NCBI GenBank assembly: GCA_018664115.1
Contig: JABJOX010000050.1
Location: 1 to 60,635, forward strand
Reading direction: 5' to 3'
Source of the DNA: Candidatus Woesearchaeota archaeon
GTDB lineage: Archaea > Nanobdellota > Nanobdellia > Woesearchaeales > GW2011-AR9
DNA: 60,635 nucleotides
The notes under the pieces are model-generated. The model made no database searches. It was given only the letters and a program-made list of their open reading frames with translations, and was not told the DNA's origin. Position 1 is the stretch's first letter. Every line of letters begins with the position of its first letter. The position numbers were made by a program, and so were the translations under genes. Positions 10,024-17,195 of this stretch are shown here, piece after piece.

Positions 10024-10971
10024 CAAAGAGCAGATCCTGGTTTCTATCAAATAGTTAGAAATAAAGGGTTTACTGATGAAGTATTGCCAAAAAGTAAACT
10101 AAGGGATTTTACTGGTTGGGAATTACAAGATTATAAGGATCACACGAATGATAATTATGCTGGAATGAGTAGAAGTGAAATAAGATATATAGATAGAATT
10201 TTCTATGGAAAAATTAGAAGAGAAGGATTTATTGATGAAGTATTACCAGAAAGTAAAAAAATGAATTATACTGATTGGAGATTACAGGATTATAAAGATT
10301 ACGTAAATAATAATTATGCTGGAATGAGTAGAACCGAAATTGAAAAAGCAAACTCTGGTCTCTATAAGAAAATTGGAAGAGAAGGATTTACTGATGAAGT
10401 ATTGCCAAAAAGTAAACTAAGGGATTTTACTGGTTGGGGATTACAGGATTATAAAGATTACATGAATGATAATTATGCTGGGATGAGTAGAACCGAAATT
10501 GCAGATATAGATAGAATTTTCTATGGAAAAATTAGAAGAGAAGGATTTATTGATGAAGTATTACCAGAAAGTAAAAAAAGGAATTTTACTGGTTGGGAAT
10601 TACAAGATTATAAAGATCACATGAATGATAATTATGCTGGAATGAGTAGAAGTGAAATTGGAAAAGCAGATCCTGGTTTTTATAGAAAAGTTAGAAAAAA
10701 AGGATTTACTGATGAAGTATTACCAGGGAGTAAAAAAAAACCAAATGATTACTGGAAAGACACTGAGAATGTTCAGAAAGGACTAGAACCAATAATTGAA
10801 GAACTTGGAAGATTCCCAACATGGAGTGAAATCGATAAAAGAAATAGTACATTAAATGTTAGTATAAATAAATACCACGGCAGTCTCACTCAAGTAAGAA
10901 TTAAACTAGGTTACGCAGAGAAAGAGATGGAAGTTCTTAAAGAAATCTTAGAGGAATTGGGAAATGCGTAA
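9931..10971 (+). CDS. modular repeat protein 5 (5 A-modules + 1 B-module)
   Basis: Five ~53-aa units of F(K/T)GW.LQDYKD..N(D/N)NYAGMSR(S/T)EI...D..FY.KIRREGF.DEVLP.SK. 8-nt overlap ATGAGTAA. Confidence 0.8.
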   Translation: MSKRRSFKGWELQDFQKYCNDNYAGMSRSEVQRADPGFYQIVRNKGFTDEVLPKSKLRDFTGWELQDYKDHTNDNYAGMSRSEIRYIDRIFYGKIRREGFIDEVLPESKKMNYTDWRLQDYKDYVNNNYAGMSRTEIEKANSGLYKKIGREGFTDEVLPKSKLRDFTGWGLQDYKDYMNDNYAGMSRTEIADIDRIFYGKIRREGFIDEVLPESKKRNFTGWELQDYKDHMNDNYAGMSRSEIGKADPGFYRKVRKKGFTDEVLPGSKKKPNDYWKDTENVQKGLEPIIEELGRFPTWSEIDKRNSTLNVSINKYHGSLTQVRIKLGYAEKEMEVLKEILEELGNA

Positions 10972-11998
10972 GAGAAGAAGTTTCAAAGGTTGGAGATTAC
11001 AGGACTATGTTGATTTCTATGAAAGTAATTATGCTGGAATGAGTAGAAGTGAAGTTAAAAAAGTAGATTCTGGTTTCTATACTAAAGTTAGAAAAGAAGG
11101 ATTTGTTGATGAAGTATTGCCAGAAAGAAAACTAAAAGATTTTACTGGTTGGAAATTACAGGATTATAAAGATTACATGAATGATAATTATGCTGAGATG
11201 AGTAGAAGTGAAGTTCAAGAAGCAGATAAAAGTTTCTATGGGAAAATTAGAAGAGAAGGATTTGCTGATGAAGTATTGCCAGAAAGTAAGCGAAGAAGTT
11301 TCAAAGGCTGGACAGTAGAAGATTTTCAAAAGTTTTGTAATGATAATTATTCTGGGATGAGTAAAAGTGAAGTTGAAAAAGCAGATGGAGGGTTCTATAA
11401 TATAATTAGAAAAGAAGGGTTTATTGACGAAGTATTACCAGAAAGTAAACGAAGGGATTTTACTGGTTGGGAATTAAAAGACTATGTTGATTTCTATGAA
11501 AGCAATTATGCTGGAATGAGTAGAAGTGAAGTTAATAAAGCAGATGGGGGTTTCTATAATAAAATTAGAAAAGAAGGGTTTATTGATGAGGTGTTACCCA
11601 AAAATAAAAAAAGAAGTTTCAAAGGCTGGGAATTACAAGATTTTAAGGATTACATGAATAATAATTATTCTGGAATGAGTAGGAAGGAAGTTCAAAAAGC
11701 AGATTCTGGTTTCTATGAAAAAGTTAGAAAAGAAGGGTTTATTGATGAAGTATTTCCAAAAAGTAAATTTGGTTATTACAGAGATATTAACAATGTCCAA
11801 AAAGAGTTAGAATTGATAATTGAAAAATTAGATGGAAAATTTCCAAGAGTAAAAGATATTAAAGAAATAAGTACCGGATTGCTAACTGGGATATATGATT
11901 ACCACGGCTCTCTTACTCAAGTAAAAATCCAGCTTGGTTACGCTGATAAAGAAATGGCAGTTCTGAAAGAAATCTTAGAGGAGTTGGGAGAAAGTTAG
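10964..11998 (+). CDS. modular repeat protein 6 (5 A-modules + 1 B-module)
   Basis: Same module vocabulary and tail (..LGYADKEMAVLKEILEELGES). 8-nt overlap ATGCGTAA. Confidence 0.8.
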   Translation: MRKRRSFKGWRLQDYVDFYESNYAGMSRSEVKKVDSGFYTKVRKEGFVDEVLPERKLKDFTGWKLQDYKDYMNDNYAEMSRSEVQEADKSFYGKIRREGFADEVLPESKRRSFKGWTVEDFQKFCNDNYSGMSKSEVEKADGGFYNIIRKEGFIDEVLPESKRRDFTGWELKDYVDFYESNYAGMSRSEVNKADGGFYNKIRKEGFIDEVLPKNKKRSFKGWELQDFKDYMNNNYSGMSRKEVQKADSGFYEKVRKEGFIDEVFPKSKFGYYRDINNVQKELELIIEKLDGKFPRVKDIKEISTGLLTGIYDYHGSLTQVKIQLGYADKEMAVLKEILEELGES

Positions 11999-12003
11999 TT
12001 TCA

Positions 12004-12327
12004 TTATTCTTTAAACCGTTCATCAACTTTCTTAATTTTCTTTTGCAAAGCTTCTTCAATATCAACGCCCATATTTTCAGCTAAATTGCAAGTAGTTAAA
12101 ATGACATCAGCAAATTCTTCCTGCAAATTATCCATATCTTTTTTTTCTAACTTTTCTTTTCTCTGTAATCCTGAATGAGCAAGTACATCGTCACATAATT
12201 CTCCCAGTTCTTCCATGATCTTTATAGTGATTGGCATGTTTAACTTTCTAGGATCGTCGAATTTATAATAGCTTTCTAACTTCTTATGCATTCGTTTCGA
12301 AAAATCTTTTAGTTCTTGTATTTCCAT
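12004..12327 (-). CDS. MazG-like nucleoside triphosphate pyrophosphohydrolase
   Basis: EELGELCDDV ... EEFADVILT ... VDIEEALQKKIKKVDERF matches the all-alpha MazG/NTP-PPase pattern. Confidence 0.7.
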   Translation of the reverse strand: MEIQELKDFSKRMHKKLESYYKFDDPRKLNMPITIKIMEELGELCDDVLAHSGLQRKEKLEKKDMDNLQEEFADVILTTCNLAENMGVDIEEALQKKIKKVDERFKE

Positions 12328-12344
12328 AGTTACTTAGAAAAGGA

Positions 12345-12362
12345 GTTGCTATAAATAGTTTT
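12345..12362 (-). promoter_or_regulatory. TATA-box promoter element for 12004-12327; 18-mer identical to 2625-2642
   Basis: Same GTTGCTATAAATAGTTTT (plus strand), centred about 26 nt upstream of the ATG at 12327. Confidence 0.5.
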
Positions 12363-12403
12363 CCTAGAAAATTTTATATAAATTAAAAACTCTGAACTTA
12401 AAT

Positions 12404-12745
12404 ATGGGGGATTTATTCAAAAAAACACGAAGAGCTATCTATTCTCTAATGTTTATGGCATCAGTAACTTTAGCAGCACAAGAGATTCCAGAATACTTTA
12501 AAGAACCACAACCACCAATTCCACCAGCGCCAGTTGAGTTTATTGGACCTAATTATTGTACTCCTGGATTAGAAGCTGATGAATATGATATTGGAATGGA
12601 AGATACAACTTATCGTTTAATTGTAACCTATAATTTAGAAATGGAAGACATTGAAAAATATAATTCTAATTTAAAAGATATAAATTCTATTACTGCGGGA
12701 GGAACAATTTGTCTGCCTCCAGGTACTTTAGAAAGTAAATTGTAA
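12404..12745 (+). CDS. small secreted protein with a degenerate LysM-like C-terminus
   Basis: N-terminal hydrophobic segment. ..DIEKYNSNLKDINSITAGGTICLPPG resembles the end of a LysM domain. Confidence 0.4.
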   Translation: MGDLFKKTRRAIYSLMFMASVTLAAQEIPEYFKEPQPPIPPAPVEFIGPNYCTPGLEADEYDIGMEDTTYRLIVTYNLEMEDIEKYNSNLKDINSITAGGTICLPPGTLESKL

Positions 12746-12790
12746 TTTTTCTAAGTAATCTTTATAAAAAATAGTTTATCTGAAGTAAAT

Positions 12791-13093
12791 ATGATTGAAA
12801 AAATACTATCTGGGATTGGAATTGCTTACATGGGATTATCATTAACAGCTTGTACTCCGGAAAGACATCACCAACAGATTTATGGTAATGAAAGAGCAGC
12901 ATTAAACACACCGATAAAGATGTACGAAATCCAAGAGGGAGATACGTTTAATGAACTTGCTAAAATTAATGGAGTAACAGCAGCAGAATTACATCGAGTT
13001 AATCCTAACTTGGAAGATAGAAGCCATATTGAAGTTGGTGCAATTATTTATATTCCTTTTAAAGAAAGAGTGGTTAAAACTTCTTCCAGGTAA
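12791..13093 (+). CDS. LysM-domain lipoprotein
   Basis: Lipobox-like LSLTAC. YEIQEGDTFNELAKINGVTAAELHRVNPNLEDRSHIEVGAIIYIP matches the LysM consensus. Confidence 0.7.
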   Translation: MIEKILSGIGIAYMGLSLTACTPERHHQQIYGNERAALNTPIKMYEIQEGDTFNELAKINGVTAAELHRVNPNLEDRSHIEVGAIIYIPFKERVVKTSSR

Positions 13094-13094
13094 A

Positions 13095-13446
13095 CAGGAT
13101 ACTCATCCTCAGCCTACTTAGATCATTCCATAAAGGAATTACTCCAGGATTCGTCATTGGATCTTGAGTCTGTTCATCTAAAAAGATGCGGACCTGGGAG
13201 GACTTTCAACCGTTCTTTCACTGGTTTTTGCGTGGGGGTAAGCAACGTTAGTTGCGCATCCCGCACCTCGCTCCCAGTTGGTTCTTAGAAAATCAAAGAT
13301 TTTCTGGAACCCCCAGAAACGTTTCACGTTTCTAGTGGGCGAAAGAACTGTGTTTGAACCCCCGATCTATTCCTTACTACTAAATTTCAATAGGAGGGAA
13401 TCGCCTTTTCTGGTCAATCATGATATCCAGCTAGGCCACAGGTCCG
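13095..13446 (-). ncRNA. GC-rich structured RNA of unassigned family (RNA-A); SRP RNA is one possible identity
   Basis: G+C is much higher than the flanks and there is no credible ORF. An 8-bp terminal helix pairs CGGACCUG (13446-13439) with CAGGUCCG (13196-13189). Several internal hairpins are present (13287-13305, 13315-13333, 13232-13266). A minus-strand TATA-like box lies about 25 nt upstream. A homologous shorter copy is at 48305-48402. The strand call rests on the TATA box and on the orientation of that copy. Confidence 0.5.
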
Positions 13447-13469
13447 TATTAGAAGAAAATACGTGGATT

Positions 13470-13479
13470 CTTTTTATAG
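13470..13479 (-). promoter_or_regulatory. TATA-like box upstream of RNA-A
   Basis: The minus strand reads CTATAAAAAG, preceded by purine-rich GAAAA (BRE-like). The helix-forming 5' end lies about 25-30 nt downstream. Confidence 0.4.
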
Positions 13480-13484
13480 TTTTC

Positions 13485-13898
13485 TTAATTAATCAAGAAT
13501 TCATAATTTTGAGAGGAACTATTATTTCGATAATTTAATCCTCTCTGAAGCGTATTCTCAAAAGATTCAAGTCTAGAAACCAAGTTTTGTCTTTCTTGCC
13601 ATCTTTTAATTAAATCTCTAGGAATAGTAACACTAAGTCCTTGACTTAAAGCATGGTAAGTGACTTCAGCAACACAATGATCTTCCCAAACCCCATAAAT
13701 CTGAATTTTTTTATGACCTTGAGCAGTTAAGTTAGAAATGTAATCACCAACCCCACCTTGATAAAAAACATCTCCAAAACAAGTAGCATTATCTTTTTCA
13801 ATTGCAGAATTTATTTTAGCTATAAATTCTCTATCTAAATAATGAGACGGAGTTATTAATAATTTTTCTTTCATCCCCATAACTATTGATTCTATCAT
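13485..13898 (-). CDS. isochorismatase/cysteine-hydrolase-like protein
   Basis: IYGVWEDHCVAEVTYHALSQGLSVTIPRD fits the G...CV..T...A...G..V....D pattern of the family. Confidence 0.4.
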   Translation of the reverse strand: MIESIVMGMKEKLLITPSHYLDREFIAKINSAIEKDNATCFGDVFYQGGVGDYISNLTAQGHKKIQIYGVWEDHCVAEVTYHALSQGLSVTIPRDLIKRWQERQNLVSRLESFENTLQRGLNYRNNSSSQNYEFLIN

Positions 13899-13985
13899 TT
13901 TAAGTTCAGAATTAGAGTTTGTTTTTATAGTTTTCTTAAAGAAAGTTTATTCTAACGTAAATGTTATATTTAAAAATAAAAAAAA

Positions 13986-15275
13986 TTATAATTTATAGCA
14001 AGGTAAAACTGTTGCCATCAAGCCGACTTTAAAAGAAGTAAGATTATCTTCTGAAGCCCTAACGTAAAACCCAGCAAATTTTCCATCAAACATATAAGGA
14101 TTAACATTGTAAATCAATTTTTTCCGATGAAATTTTTCTGTCCGAGGATCAAAAATCTCTATCTCTTTAGCAGGAAGATCAATTTTTTCTTGGACAATAT
14201 AATCTTTTCCTAAAGCATTCTGAGCAATTTTCTTCCATTTGTCTTTAGTTATATCTGCACCAATATAAACCCCAACACTAGAATAAGAGTTTGATGCTTT
14301 AATAACTAATTCGTTCTGATTTTCCAACAATTCATTTAATAAAATAACAGAATTTTCTGGAGAAGAAAGACTTCTTGCTGCAGGGATATACTTTCTTACT
14401 AATTCCAAATCATCAACTAAATTTTCAGGAAACATATGTTGATATTGTGGATCTGAAAATACTACCAACGTTTTTTTAGAACTTGCTTTTTTTGAACTAA
14501 ATGGATTAATGATTGCAGTCTTACTATCATTTAATCTTCTGGCAAAGTCAAACCCCTGTTCCATTTTTGTGAGTAAACTATCAGACACAATTCTTCGATA
14601 AATCAAATCAATACTTTTTCCATTCAGAGTAGCATAACCATCTTTGAAACTTATTGCTTGTGGCGGCACAATTTCACAATTTAAACCAGCTTGGCGAGCG
14701 TAATTAATAAAGACGTCAAATTCGCCTTTAATTCTAGTGATATCATCAGCCCATTCCATAAGAACGATGTTCGGCTTTTCTTTAGGATCATGATGACCTT
14801 TAGCTTTCACCTGTTCTTGATAACTGTTAAGGAGAGTTTCTAAAATATTATCCAATCTATTTTCTGCTTGTCCTGTTCCAACAATGTTTGAAAAACATTT
14901 TTTAAAAATAGTTTCTAAATGATAACTTTCTTCACTTCCGCCAGGAGATTCACAATTCGCTTCCACTATCTTTAATCCATTATTTGCTAGAAAAATGTCC
15001 AACCTAGCCAAAACAACATTTGTGAGGTAATCTGGACACTCTTTAAGGAAAGAATCAGTTTGAGGATTATGACCAATTAAGTCTACAAATGACAAATAAT
15101 CTTTTGTAACATGTTCCATCAATCGATGATAAGATTGAGCAATAACATTAACTTCATCAATTAACTCTTGATTATAAAAGAAAGGAGTTAATGGCACTTT
15201 AGCAACTCTTTTACCTAAAGGGTCAAGGACTGAATCGTGCGCTTTCAAATACTCATTAAATAGGTTTTCATTCAT
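13986..15275 (-). CDS. ATP-grasp superfamily enzyme (glutathionylspermidine-synthase-like / circularly permuted ATP-grasp)
   Basis: VLARLDIFLANNGLKIVEANCESPGGSEES matches the R.D......K..E.N...PgG signature. Confidence 0.5.
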   Translation of the reverse strand: MNENLFNEYLKAHDSVLDPLGKRVAKVPLTPFFYNQELIDEVNVIAQSYHRLMEHVTKDYLSFVDLIGHNPQTDSFLKECPDYLTNVVLARLDIFLANNGLKIVEANCESPGGSEESYHLETIFKKCFSNIVGTGQAENRLDNILETLLNSYQEQVKAKGHHDPKEKPNIVLMEWADDITRIKGEFDVFINYARQAGLNCEIVPPQAISFKDGYATLNGKSIDLIYRRIVSDSLLTKMEQGFDFARRLNDSKTAIINPFSSKKASSKKTLVVFSDPQYQHMFPENLVDDLELVRKYIPAARSLSSPENSVILLNELLENQNELVIKASNSYSSVGVYIGADITKDKWKKIAQNALGKDYIVQEKIDLPAKEIEIFDPRTEKFHRKKLIYNVNPYMFDGKFAGFYVRASEDNLTSFKVGLMATVLPCYKL

Positions 15276-15526
15276 TATAAAACCTGTTTTTGGGATATTT
15301 CTAAATTTTTATTCAAATCGTATTCTACCGGGTTTGCAATTAAGCCTATTTTCATTTTGTATTATCTCCACTATCAGAATCTCTTTCTATGTTTACTTCC
15401 GAATAACGTTTATTTATAAAGTTTATGTTAAGAAAATATAGAAATGAATATAAACATTAACGGTTCATACAAATAAATAAACATTATTAAAGATTTAAAA
15501 AAAGTATTTACAACGGAAAAAGAAAA

Positions 15527-16264
15527 ATGGAACATAAAAAACAGAAAATAATAACTCTTGGAGGCATAAAATTTCTTGCAATTAATCTTTCTGAGCCGCT
15601 TAGAGAAGATGTCGAAGTTTTTCCTGGTGACCCTAAACCCGTAAAAAAAGTTTTTTCGGATATTGATAAAACAGGTTATGAACATTATGTTTATAGCGTT
15701 AGTGATCATAATTTTCACCCACATGGTGACGCACCCAGCCATCAAAACAGAGGAATGAAATCATACGAAGGTTTTGACATGAATTACTTTTTTAATCCGG
15801 CATGTATAATAGATATCTCGGATTCTTCTGAAGCTGAAGAACATGAAGGAATAAAATATTTAGTTCAGGTTACAAAAAAACATTTAAGCACATATTCTGA
15901 GATCATTTCAAAAAAAAATGCAGTGATCATCAGAACTGGATATGATAGATGGTTAGAAGCCAATAAAAAACATAATATTAATAAGACACCATATCTTTCA
16001 AAAGAAGCGGGTGAGTTTTTGGCAGGATTTAAAAATATTAAAGTTATTGGAATAGATTCTCTTACTGTTGATGCACCAGAATGCCATGATGTTCACCAAC
16101 TGTTTAAAGAAAAATTGATTGTTGAATCATTAGTCAATCTTTATAATATCCCTGAAGAATCAAAAAATAATTTTGATTTACAAACAAGTACTATTGCTAT
16201 TGTCGGTGCAAGTGGTGGACCAGTTACAGCATTTGCATTTATTAGGGCTGAAAAAGAGGATTAA
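15527..16264 (+). CDS. putative cyclase / arylformamidase-family hydrolase
   Basis: FPGDPKP and HPHGDAPSH resemble the H.GTH.DAP.H metal-binding motif of the cyclase family. Confidence 0.55.
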   Translation: MEHKKQKIITLGGIKFLAINLSEPLREDVEVFPGDPKPVKKVFSDIDKTGYEHYVYSVSDHNFHPHGDAPSHQNRGMKSYEGFDMNYFFNPACIIDISDSSEAEEHEGIKYLVQVTKKHLSTYSEIISKKNAVIIRTGYDRWLEANKKHNINKTPYLSKEAGEFLAGFKNIKVIGIDSLTVDAPECHDVHQLFKEKLIVESLVNLYNIPEESKNNFDLQTSTIAIVGASGGPVTAFAFIRAEKED

Positions 16265-16265
16265 A

Positions 16266-17195
16266 ATGGAAAGGAAAAAAACAATTGCTATTATAGGACT
16301 TGGGAAAATGGGTTTTCGGATTTCAGAAAACTTACTTGATAAAGAATGGAAACTTATTGCTTATGATTTAGATAAAGAGATAAGGGATAGAATTAGTGAA
16401 AAAGGTGCTTTTACTGTTGATTCTTTAATTGAAGTTATCTCACATCTTCAATCTCCAAGAATTATTATTCTTTCAGTTCCTGCTGGAAAAGTTATTGATG
16501 AAATTATTGAAACGTTATTACCTAGTTTATCAAAAGGTGATATAATTATTGATTCTGGCAATACATTCTTTCGGGACTCTCAAAAGCGAGCAGATGATCT
16601 TAAAAATAAAGGCCTCCATTTCATGGATGTTGGAATGAGTGGTGGAGTGAGTGGTGCAAGACACGGTGCCTGCCTTATGATTGGCGGAGAATTTGAAGTG
16701 TTTAAGAAAAATGAAGAACTATTTGAAAATTTATCCAAAAATGGTTCATATAAATATTTGGGAAAATCTGGATCAGGACATCTTGTAAAAGGTTATCATA
16801 ATCTTGTGGAGTATGGGTTTCTCCAAGCACTTGCAGAAGGTTTAGAGTGTATAAATGGAATATCTGAAAAAAACGAATTAAATATTAATCTTGCAGATGT
16901 ATGCAAAATATGGGATAAAGGTAGCATTGTAGAATCCAGAATTATTTCTGACGCTGTTCAAGCATTTAATATTAATCCGGGACTTGAAAAAATAAGTGGT
17001 TCTATTTATGGTCAAACACAGATTGAAATGGAAAATCTTGTAAAAACAGGTATAGAACTTAATATCAAAGTGCCTTCCTGTGATGCTGCTTTACAAGCAA
17101 GACTCAGTTCACAATTAAATCCAACATTTACGGGTAAAATAATTAATGCTATCAGAAATGTTTTTGGTGGCCATCAAGAATGGAAAAAGCAGTAA
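16266..17195 (+). CDS. gnd: 6-phosphogluconate dehydrogenase-like (short, decarboxylating type)
   Basis: IAIIGLGKMGFRISENL (Rossmann fold), MDVGMSGGVSGARHGACLMIGG, GSGHLVKGYHNLVEYG. Start is taken at the in-frame ATG 16266, directly after the upstream stop. Confidence 0.75.
   Translation: MERKKTIAIIGLGKMGFRISENLLDKEWKLIAYDLDKEIRDRISEKGAFTVDSLIEVISHLQSPRIIILSVPAGKVIDEIIETLLPSLSKGDIIIDSGNTFFRDSQKRADDLKNKGLHFMDVGMSGGVSGARHGACLMIGGEFEVFKKNEELFENLSKNGSYKYLGKSGSGHLVKGYHNLVEYGFLQALAEGLECINGISEKNELNINLADVCKIWDKGSIVESRIISDAVQAFNINPGLEKISGSIYGQTQIEMENLVKTGIELNIKVPSCDAALQARLSSQLNPTFTGKIINAIRNVFGGHQEWKKQ

Noticed and set aside
6444-11998. Regularly spaced repeats as a possible CRISPR array
   Set aside because: The repeats are long (about 159-192 nt), imperfect and in frame, and they encode conserved protein modules. 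No short identical repeats alternate with unique spacers.
2625-12362. Identical 18-mers (2625-2642 and 12345-12362) as att sites or target duplications flanking a 9.7-kb island containing the helicase/repeat operon
   Set aside because: Both copies sit at the same distance (about 26-27 nt) upstream of minus-strand start codons and contain a TATA box. A shared promoter consensus is the simpler explanation. The island idea is not excluded but is unsupported, since no integrase or tRNA target is present.
13267-13351. RNA-A/RNA-B as the template/variable repeat pair of a diversity-generating retroelement
   Set aside because: No reverse transcriptase is present in the window, neither copy lies in a coding region, and the differences are not adenine-specific.
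13189-13446. Calling RNA-A an RNase P RNA because it contains GAAAGUCC (CR-I-like), GGUGCGG..GCGCA (CR-II-like) and ACGAAUCCUGGAGUAAU (CR-V-like) strings
   Set aside because: The CR-I-like string lies about 240 nt from the proposed 5' end, after the CR-II-like region. Only about 45 nt separate it from the CR-V-like string, so the canonical P1-P4 order cannot be drawn. A downstream extension would run into the well-supported LysM CDS. I left the family unassigned.
13278-13538. 86-aa plus-strand ORF from the ORF track
   Set aside because: It lies across the structured GC-rich RNA locus and the 3' end of the convergent gene. The sequence is low-complexity and no promoter or RBS context is visible.
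16173-16265. N-terminal extension of the 6PGDH-like ORF overlapping the cyclase gene by 92 nt
   Set aside because: The extension is hydrophobic and low-complexity, and it lies in the alternative frame of the upstream CDS. The Rossmann motif begins right after the ATG at 16266.
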